64,000 nucleotides of DNA from Eubacteriales bacterium (GTDB lineage: Bacteria; Bacillota; Clostridia; Oscillospirales; CAG-272), in contig JBGVNP010000063.1 of the NCBI GenBank assembly GCA_045125655.1, positions 9-64,008 of the forward strand, read 5' to 3'. The notes under the pieces are model-generated. The model saw only the letters and a program-made list of their open reading frames with translations. It did no database searches and had not been told where the DNA came from. Below, one piece after another: positions 1-6,897 of the stretch. Within the stretch, counting starts at the first letter, position 1. Each line of letters begins with the position of its first letter. The position numbers were made by a program, and so were the translations under genes.

Positions 1-58
1 CTGGATCAGCTGTGAGTCGTCCACATAATACGACTTTGTTGAGATTAAGGTTTGACAT
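1..58 (-). CDS. ssb: single-stranded DNA-binding protein, N-terminal fragment (runs off the window)
   Basis: Minus-strand ATG at 58..56 is preceded by GGAAGG. The translation MSNLNLNKVVLCGRLTADP matches the SSB OB-fold N-terminal pattern (NKV.L.GRLT.DP). Only 19 codons are visible. Confidence 0.55.
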   Translation of the reverse strand, partial: MSNLNLNKVVLCGRLTADP

Positions 59-132
59 TTTGTTTACCTTCCTTTTCTTAAAGTTTCATATATTCTTCAA
101 GCCCTATAGGCGTGAATCCTCGGGAAATGCTG

Positions 133-167
133 CCCCCCCACCCACCCCGTCGGGGGGCGCATGGGGG
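133..167. other. isolated G/C-only nested hairpin / G-tract element in an AT-rich intergenic region
   Basis: The sequence is CCCCCCCACCCACCCC-GTC-GGGGGG-CGCAT-GGGGG. C7 can pair with G5 and C4 with G4. The minus strand reads GGGGTGGGTGGGGGGG, which is G-quadruplex capable. Confidence 0.4.
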
Positions 168-347
168 TAAGGAGTTTTTGCTACAACATCAGATAGCAAA
201 AAACAGAACAAATAGCCAACTTTTTTTAGTTAGTACCTGTTAAGTTAGATTATAACATTAAGAATTAATAATTTTTCAACTAAAATCTCTTTTCAAATCT
301 GAAAAAATATGGTATAATAAAACGATTAAAAAATTTGGAGAAATAAT

Positions 348-1487
348 ATGAAATTCTTAAAGCAATCGCTTATTATACTGCTTATAGTAAGTATGCTGTT
401 TTCGTGCGAGTTTTTTGTGCCCAACGGCACCGATAACAGCACAGGAAACGGAAGTGGCAGTACTTCATCTACTACTATACCTACAATCAATCCGACAACA
501 ACCAATCCGACAACAACCAAGCCAACCACTACTAATCCTAAGGATGAACCGACATTCGATCCCGATGCTGACGTTCTGCCCAAACCCGCAACAGACCCAT
601 ATGCAAATGTTTCAGAAGATGATTTTTATAAAAACTATACTCCTGCCACAAGCTATTGGGATGCATACTATAGAACGCTTCACAACTTGATGTCGGGTTC
701 TATTGATGATCAGGATCAAGAGCCGACCATATCGGACTATCAGCCAATGGAAAACGGACTTTTTGTAAGAAATACAAGCGCACTCTATTCATCCGACGGA
801 AATATATATTATGTGATTGATGCTAACGGAAATATCGTCAATAAGATATATAAAGGCGCCGCCTACGTTACACTTGAAGAGGTAGCGGCATATGTCTTTG
901 CCTTCGGTGACGTACCCGCCAACTATGACGATTATAAATACACAAAGCCAACGAGCAGTCCTTGGGGAAAATACTTAAGAGTCAATAACACATATTTTTC
1001 GGGAAACACATCCAAATACCCGTATGAGCCGGTGCTGCCCGATATTTCGGGATGCGGAGGAAGTCTTGATTACTATGAAATAGATATCGGCACAACAGGA
1101 ACTGATTGCGATCCAAGATATACTCCCGCAATTTACAATAACGGCAGTAAAATAGAACGCGGTGCGGCTCGTATTGTTTATACCCGATATGATAAAAACG
1201 GAAATGAGATAATCGAACTTGACGAAAAATATCTTTTCTATACCTATAACCACTATAATGATTTCCAAGAATATCTTAATTATGAAGGTGGTTGGGGAGA
1301 GATGTTCGGCAATATAACGGGCGGTGGAACTATTTCAAGCAAATACGATTATAATCCCACGCCCTATGTTAAGGTTGTCAGAAGAAATCTCTTCATATCA
1401 AATGTATCACAAACTGCCAAGGTTGAGATCGTTTACCTCACCTTCATTTACTTTGATAAAAAATATTATTACGAAAATGTAGCTTAA
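348..1487 (+). CDS. lipoprotein ribonuclease, barnase / microbial RNase N1-T1 family, with Pro/Thr-rich linker
   Basis: It has a signal peptide with lipobox LFSC (Cys20) and a PTTTN-repeat linker. The C-terminal region aligns by eye to barnase: VAAYVFAFGDVPANY ~ VADYLQTYHKLPDNY. YYEIDI supplies the catalytic Glu, RGAARIVY the two Arg of RNSDRILY, and YTYNHYNDFQEY the His of TTDHYQTF. Confidence 0.75.
   Translation: MKFLKQSLIILLIVSMLFSCEFFVPNGTDNSTGNGSGSTSSTTIPTINPTTTNPTTTKPTTTNPKDEPTFDPDADVLPKPATDPYANVSEDDFYKNYTPATSYWDAYYRTLHNLMSGSIDDQDQEPTISDYQPMENGLFVRNTSALYSSDGNIYYVIDANGNIVNKIYKGAAYVTLEEVAAYVFAFGDVPANYDDYKYTKPTSSPWGKYLRVNNTYFSGNTSKYPYEPVLPDISGCGGSLDYYEIDIGTTGTDCDPRYTPAIYNNGSKIERGAARIVYTRYDKNGNEIIELDEKYLFYTYNHYNDFQEYLNYEGGWGEMFGNITGGGTISSKYDYNPTPYVKVVRRNLFISNVSQTAKVEIVYLTFIYFDKKYYYENVA
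489..533 (+). repeat. in-frame 15-nt tandem repeat (2 perfect + 1 degenerate copy) encoding NPTTT linker units
   Basis: AATCCGACAACAACC occurs at 489-503 and again at 504-518. A degenerate copy, AAGCCAACCACTACT, follows. Confidence 0.8.
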
Positions 1488-1496
1488 GGAGAAATT

Positions 1497-2999
1497 ATGA
1501 ATTTACAGGAAGCAATTAAAGAATTATATAATTGGCAATCAAAGCTTAGCGCATATAACCACGCGATGTCCATAATTTATTATGACGGCTCAACAGTTGC
1601 TCCAAAAAAGACCGCAGCAAACCGCGGACATGCATTGGGTATTCTCAGTGAGGAAGCATATAATCTTACGACCAACGATAAAACTGTTGAGATGCTTGAA
1701 TTTCTTGATGCTCATAAGGATGAGCTTGAAGAAAAGGAGCAGAGAATAGTATACCTTGCCTATAAGGGAATGAAGGAAATGAAAAAAATTCCCATCGAGG
1801 ATTATATCGCATATCAGGCACTTCTTGTTGAGGCGGACGACGTGTGGCATACCGCGAAGGAAACCGATGATTTTGAGCTTTTCCGCCCCTATCTTGAAAA
1901 GATGTTTGAATATAACAAGAAATTTGCAAAATATTGCGCTCCCGAAAAGCACCCATATGATTATTGCCTTGATCAGTATGAAAAGGGCTTGACAATGGAA
2001 AAATGCGACGAGTTTTTTGCAACTCTTAAGTCAAAAATAGTTCCTCTTATAAAGAAGATCGGCGAAGCACAGCAGGTTGACGATTCTTGCATCCACGGTG
2101 ATTTTGATGAGCTTGCACAAGAAAAATTTTCTCTTAAACTTATGGAGATAATGGGTATCGACCTCGGTATCTGCGGACTCGGTACTACCGAGCATCCCTT
2201 CACAACAAGCATCGGTTCTCACTACGATGTAAGAATCACCACCAACTACGATAGAACAAATTTCGCATCCTCAATGTTCAGTGTTATCCACGAGGGCGGA
2301 CACGCACTTTACGATATGAACTCTGCAGATGATTACGCTTATACATACCTCGACGGTGGTGTTTCTATGGGAATTCACGAAAGCCAGAGCCGTTTCTATG
2401 AGAATCTTCTCGGAAGAAGTGAAGCGTTTGTAAATTACGTTTTCCCCAAGGTGTGCGAGTGTTTTCCCGAGCAGATGAAGGGCTATAGCGCAAACGATAT
2501 GTATAAAGCAATAAATCTTGTAACCCCCTCACTGATCAGAACCGAGGCAGACGAGGTGACGTATTGCTTGCACGTAATGATCCGCTACGAGCTTGAAAAG
2601 AGAGTTATGAGCAACGAGCTTGAAGTAAAAGACCTTGCAAGTGAGTGGAAAAAGCTCTATAAGGAATATCTCGGTGTTGACGTACCCAATGACCGCGAGG
2701 GCGTTCTTCAGGATAGCCACTGGTCGGGTGGTAGCGTTGGATATTTCCCATCCTATGCACTTGGCTCTGCTTACGGTGCACATCTTCTTTCAAAGATGCG
2801 TGAAAGCATTGATGTTGAAAAATGCCTCTCAGAAGGTAATTTTGCACCCATAAACGAATGGAATAGAGAACACATTTGGAAATACGGATGCCTTAAAAAT
2901 CCCGATGAGCTTTTAGAAAGCGCCCTCGGCGAAAAATTCGATCCTACCTATTTTACAAATTATCTTGAAGAAAAATACTCCAAGATTTATAATCTTTAA
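1497..2999 (+). CDS. carboxypeptidase Taq-type metallopeptidase (M32 family)
   Basis: It carries HEGGHALYD (HExxH), HPFT and IHESQSRFYEN motifs typical of M32. Its 500-aa length fits the family, and AGGAGA lies upstream. Confidence 0.9.
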   Translation: MNLQEAIKELYNWQSKLSAYNHAMSIIYYDGSTVAPKKTAANRGHALGILSEEAYNLTTNDKTVEMLEFLDAHKDELEEKEQRIVYLAYKGMKEMKKIPIEDYIAYQALLVEADDVWHTAKETDDFELFRPYLEKMFEYNKKFAKYCAPEKHPYDYCLDQYEKGLTMEKCDEFFATLKSKIVPLIKKIGEAQQVDDSCIHGDFDELAQEKFSLKLMEIMGIDLGICGLGTTEHPFTTSIGSHYDVRITTNYDRTNFASSMFSVIHEGGHALYDMNSADDYAYTYLDGGVSMGIHESQSRFYENLLGRSEAFVNYVFPKVCECFPEQMKGYSANDMYKAINLVTPSLIRTEADEVTYCLHVMIRYELEKRVMSNELEVKDLASEWKKLYKEYLGVDVPNDREGVLQDSHWSGGSVGYFPSYALGSAYGAHLLSKMRESIDVEKCLSEGNFAPINEWNREHIWKYGCLKNPDELLESALGEKFDPTYFTNYLEEKYSKIYNL

Positions 3000-3005
3000 A
3001 AACGA

Positions 3006-3035
3006 ATCCCACCTTCACTGAAGGTGGGATTTTTA
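3006..3035. terminator. bidirectional intrinsic terminator between convergent genes
   Basis: ATCCCACCTT-cactg-AAGGTGGGAT forms a 10-bp stem. It is followed by TTTT on the plus strand and by a T-run on the minus strand. Confidence 0.8.
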
Positions 3036-3043
3036 TGCTTTAA

Positions 3044-3952
3044 TTATAAAATTTCAAATTGATCATCGTCCTTGTTTTCCTTTGCGAGCATAAAGTCAAG
3101 CGCGGGCTGACGAAGAATTTGTTGCTCTGCCTTGATTTTTTCATTGAGAGCTACGTTGTCGATTATCTGCTTAAGATACTTGCTCATCGCACTGTCGGCA
3201 GTGTAATCCGCGGGAGCGTAGAACGTAAGTCTGCCATCGGTAAGAAGCTTGTAAACCTTTGCGCGATTATCCTTAACGGGGTCAAAAACACCGATAGTAT
3301 ATCCGCCGCGCTCTTTAACAAGGTGCATGCAGGGAATATCCGTAGCAGAGTCACCGATATAAACCATATTTTCAAAGGGAATTCTTCTTTCACTTGCTGG
3401 CATAGAATCGTTAACCCTTTCGTCATGCTCCTCAAGGAATCCTTTGGAAATACGGAAAAGGTACTGTGTCTTATTTGTATAGTTTACCGCCTGAGCAGGC
3501 CAGATAGCAACGTCATCAGCGTTGTAAAGATATGAAGAAGCATAGATCTTCTTAAACTCATCCGCGATCGCGCTACCTTCGATAATCTCACGAAGACCGG
3601 AAGATATAACGTAATGCTCAACCTCGATTCCTTTGCTTTCAGCATACTGATTGATGCGAGTAAACCAAGTCTTAACACCGTCGTAGAGCTTTACCTCGGC
3701 TCCACTCTCAATGAAGTATTGACGCTTCAAGGATTTTCCTTTAAACTGTGAATACTTGATAAGCTCATACATCCACGCAAGATTCATTTCCATTCTGTTG
3801 TCCTTGGCAAGCTCATCGGATTCGTGCCAGAACTGACCAACGTTCACACCAAAGGAGGGAATGAGAGTAAAGGTCTGCATATCATCGGGAGAGAGTGTCT
3901 TGTCGAAATCATAGCAAATAGCTATAATTGGCTTTCTTTTAGCATTATTCAA
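3044..3952 (-). CDS. HAD-superfamily hydrolase (phosphatase-like)
   Basis: Motif I is DFDKT (ICYDFDKTLS) and motif IV is GDSATD. A conserved Ser (ISSG) lies between them. Confidence 0.7.
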   Translation of the reverse strand: MNNAKRKPIIAICYDFDKTLSPDDMQTFTLIPSFGVNVGQFWHESDELAKDNRMEMNLAWMYELIKYSQFKGKSLKRQYFIESGAEVKLYDGVKTWFTRINQYAESKGIEVEHYVISSGLREIIEGSAIADEFKKIYASSYLYNADDVAIWPAQAVNYTNKTQYLFRISKGFLEEHDERVNDSMPASERRIPFENMVYIGDSATDIPCMHLVKERGGYTIGVFDPVKDNRAKVYKLLTDGRLTFYAPADYTADSAMSKYLKQIIDNVALNEKIKAEQQILRQPALDFMLAKENKDDDQFEIL

Positions 3953-4066
3953 GGATTTTTCCTCCTAAAAACAAATTTATCCAACTAATTATAACCTAAA
4001 AATTGCCATTTTTCAAGAGGTTTGTGAAAAATTCTTGATTTTATTGCGATTTTTCAGAAAAAATGT

Positions 4067-4095
4067 TTGCAAAATGTGCAAATATATAGTATAAT
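4067..4095 (+). promoter_or_regulatory. sigma-A-type promoter
   Basis: TTGCAA (4067-4072), a 17-nt spacer, then TATAAT (4090-4095). This places the transcription start (TSS) downstream of the 4099 ATG and favours the 4126 start. Confidence 0.5.
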
Positions 4096-4125
4096 ATAAT
4101 GATAAAGTATGAAAGGAAATATAAA

Positions 4126-5058
4126 ATGTTTAATAAGATCATAGAAACAATAAAAAAATATGATAGAATAATCATACATAGACATTCCAATCCCGACGGT
4201 GACGCCATCGGCTCACAGGTTGGACTTAAAAATATACTCAAAGAGAATTTCCCCGAAAAGGAGATATATGCGGTTGGAGATGCCTCAAAGCGTTACGGAT
4301 TTGTTGAGGATTGTGAAACTGATGCCATCCCCGATGAGTATTATAAGGGCGCGCTCGCATTCGTTCTTGATACAAGCGCAACCTCTCTCATTTCAGATGA
4401 TAGATATAAGACTGCAGATACAGTTATCAAGATGGATCACCACATTTTCTGTGAGCAGTTTGCAGACATCGAGTGTATTGATACAAGCTTTGAATCTTGC
4501 TGCGGACTTATCGCAATGTTTGCAATGCAAACGGGATTGACGGTAACGCCCCTCGCCGCAAAGGCACTCTATACGGGTATGATAACCGACTCAGGACGTT
4601 TCCGCTACGATTCCACAAGTGCGCAGACCTTCAAGGTAGCGTCATTCCTTATGGAGCAAAAATTCAGCACAAACGATATATACTCAAATCTTTATTCCGA
4701 TGAGCTTTCATCGGTACAACTTAGAGCTAAATTCATACTTAAGATAAATAAGACCGAGGCACCTGTTTCCTATATCTATACTACTCTCGAAGAAGCAAAT
4801 AGCTATAATGCAGATATATTTGCTATTTCTCGCGGAATGGTAAATACTATGAGTGATATAAAGGGAATAGATATCTGGGCAAATTTCACAGAAACCGAAA
4901 ACGGCGTGCTTTGCGAGATTCGTTCAAGCAAATATAACATCAACCTCATCGCAGTAAAATACGGCGGTGGCGGACATGCCAAGGCAAGCGGTGCAACAGT
5001 AAAGGATAGAGCCGCAGCAATGGCTATGCTTGACGACCTCATCGCATTAACAAAATAG
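4126..5058 (+). CDS. DHH/DHHA1 phosphoesterase, NrnA-like (oligoribonuclease / pAp phosphatase family)
   Basis: It has HRHSNPDGDAIGS, DHH (KMDHHIF) and the DHHA1 motif GGGHAKASGA. The start was chosen at the internal ATG with AAAGGAAA upstream. Confidence 0.8.
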   Translation: MFNKIIETIKKYDRIIIHRHSNPDGDAIGSQVGLKNILKENFPEKEIYAVGDASKRYGFVEDCETDAIPDEYYKGALAFVLDTSATSLISDDRYKTADTVIKMDHHIFCEQFADIECIDTSFESCCGLIAMFAMQTGLTVTPLAAKALYTGMITDSGRFRYDSTSAQTFKVASFLMEQKFSTNDIYSNLYSDELSSVQLRAKFILKINKTEAPVSYIYTTLEEANSYNADIFAISRGMVNTMSDIKGIDIWANFTETENGVLCEIRSSKYNINLIAVKYGGGGHAKASGATVKDRAAAMAMLDDLIALTK

Positions 5059-5073
5059 AGAAAGGAAGCGAAT

Positions 5074-6057
5074 ATGACAAATTACGAAGCAAAAAAGCAA
5101 ATACTTGATAAAATCAAGGAATATAATAAAATAATTATTTTCCGTCATTTCCGTCCCGACGGTGATGCAGTTGGCTCAACAAAGGGCTTGCGCGAGATCT
5201 TGCGCCTTACGTATCCTGAAAAGGAGATAAAGCTCCTTAATGCAGATTATTCAAATTATCTTGAATTTCTTGGCGGTGAGGACGATCCAATGCCCGATGA
5301 ATACTATGCAGATGCTCTCGGACTTGTACTTGACACGGGAACTGAAGATAGAATTTCAAATAAAAAATACGTCCTTTGTAAGGAGCTTGTAAAAATAGAC
5401 CATCATATTGTTGATAAGCATTACGGAGATTATCATTGGGTAATCGAGGAAAAATCCTCAACCTGTGAAATGATTGCAGAGTTTTACGATACCTTCAAGG
5501 ACGAGCTTAAGATAGATGCAACTGCCGCTACCTATATTTACTGCGGTATGGTTACCGATAGCGGACGCTTCCGCTTCCGTGACGTTTCGGGCGATACACT
5601 CCGCTATGCAGGACTTATGCTTGATCAGGGTGTTAATACCGATCTTCTTTATGCTAACCTCTATCTTAAGGAATTCCACGAATTTAAATTTGAATCCTAC
5701 GCTCACGAAAAAATGGAGATGACTGAAAACGGACTTGTGTATCTTTACGTTGATAAAGATATGCAGGAAAAGTTCGCTCTCACAAACGAGCAGGCGTCTG
5801 CTTCAGTTAGCTTTATGGATTCCATTCGCGGCTCAATTATCTGGATAGCATTTATTGACAATGCAGATGGCTCGATTCGTGTAAGACTCCGTTCACGCTT
5901 TGTGCCCGTAAATCCATTGGCAGAGAAGTATCGCGGTGGCGGTCACGAATGTGCATGTGGTGCAACACTTTATAGCAAGGAAGAGATGCAGCAGTTCATT
6001 GCTGACGCAGATGCACTTATTAAGGAATATAAAGAGAATAACGAGGGCTGGTTATGA
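5074..6057 (+). CDS. second DHH/DHHA1 phosphoesterase paralog (NrnA-like)
   Basis: It has FRHFRPDGDAVGS, IDHHIV and GGGHECACGA. It sits in tandem with the previous paralog. Confidence 0.8.
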   Translation: MTNYEAKKQILDKIKEYNKIIIFRHFRPDGDAVGSTKGLREILRLTYPEKEIKLLNADYSNYLEFLGGEDDPMPDEYYADALGLVLDTGTEDRISNKKYVLCKELVKIDHHIVDKHYGDYHWVIEEKSSTCEMIAEFYDTFKDELKIDATAATYIYCGMVTDSGRFRFRDVSGDTLRYAGLMLDQGVNTDLLYANLYLKEFHEFKFESYAHEKMEMTENGLVYLYVDKDMQEKFALTNEQASASVSFMDSIRGSIIWIAFIDNADGSIRVRLRSRFVPVNPLAEKYRGGGHECACGATLYSKEEMQQFIADADALIKEYKENNEGWL

Positions 6058-6779
6058 GATTTCTTATAGTTAACGATGACGGTATTGAAGCCCTTGGCAT
6101 CAAGCTCCTCGCACAGTGGGCAAAGCAATATGGCGAGGTAACGGTCGTTGCTCCCAAGGTCGAGCAGAGCGGCAAAAGCCACGCGATTGACTTTATTAAC
6201 CCCATTGAAATTAAAAGAGTTGATTTTATGGAAGGCGTTGAGGCGTGGTCAATGGCATCTACCCCCGCCGATTGTGTGCGCTTTGCCGTTTTTGGACTCC
6301 ATAGACAGTACGATATTGTGCTTTCAGGTATCAACCGCGGAGCAAATATGAGCGGTGACATTATCTATTCGGGAACAATGGGCGCGATCTTTGAAGCAGG
6401 TAATCAGCACCATAGAGGAATAGCATTCTCCACCACTCCCAATAATCTTGAAGGTGCGGCAAAATATCTTGACGAAGCATATAACTATATAATCAATAAT
6501 AACCTCTTTAATTATTCCGACCTTTATAATGTAAACATTCCCGAAGAAGTAAAGGGAATTAAGATAACAAAGCAGGGCGACGGATACTTCTCCGATGCAT
6601 TCCATCAGATTGATGAAACCACTTATACTCAATACGGCGAGCTTATCGCAGATACCTGTCCCGATGACGTAACACGCGATACAGTAGCGTTCGGTCAAGG
6701 TTTTATTTCGGTAACTCCAATGACAAAAGAGCGCACCGACCTCGTGGCATTCGAAAAGCTCAAGGATAAAAACCTATAA
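6054..6779 (+). CDS. surE: 5'/3'-nucleotidase SurE
   Basis: The N-terminus MRFLIVNDDGIEA and SGINRGANMSGDIIYSGTMGA are SurE signatures. ATGA overlaps the upstream stop. Confidence 0.9.
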   Translation: MRFLIVNDDGIEALGIKLLAQWAKQYGEVTVVAPKVEQSGKSHAIDFINPIEIKRVDFMEGVEAWSMASTPADCVRFAVFGLHRQYDIVLSGINRGANMSGDIIYSGTMGAIFEAGNQHHRGIAFSTTPNNLEGAAKYLDEAYNYIINNNLFNYSDLYNVNIPEEVKGIKITKQGDGYFSDAFHQIDETTYTQYGELIADTCPDDVTRDTVAFGQGFISVTPMTKERTDLVAFEKLKDKNL

Positions 6780-6796
6780 ATCAATATAACAAAAAT

Positions 6797-6824
6797 AGCA
6801 GGGAATACACCCTGCTGTTTTTTT
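6797..6824 (+). terminator. intrinsic terminator after surE
   Basis: AGCAGGG-aataca-CCCTGCT is followed by a T-run. Confidence 0.75.
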
Positions 6825-6831
6825 ATCTAAA

Positions 6832-6866
6832 AGAAAAAAATATCCCCTTGCCCGAAGGCAAGGGGT
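6832..6866 (-). terminator. intrinsic terminator ending the long minus-strand operon
   Basis: On the minus strand, CCCCTTGCC-ttcg-GGCAAGGGG is followed by ATATTTTTTT. Confidence 0.8.
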
Positions 6867-6897
6867 TTTATATATTAAAGTAAATCTTTAATAAAAA

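Noticed and set aside
326-583. 85-aa minus-strand ORF overlapping the RNase gene, as a possible barstar-like inhibitor
   Set aside because: It is the antisense shadow of the PTTTN repeat (a VVGLVVVG repeat), has no SD and lies wholly inside the RNase CDS.
4099-4125. Longer N-terminal extensions offered by the ORF track (4099, 12350, 18268, 24707, 24738, 27759, 39906, 45214, 55521, 59965, 62298, 62443)
   Set aside because: In each case an internal ATG has a much better Shine-Dalgarno at 5-9 nt, or the extension starts upstream of the predicted promoter or overlaps the neighbouring gene. I used the shorter starts, and they remain unverified.
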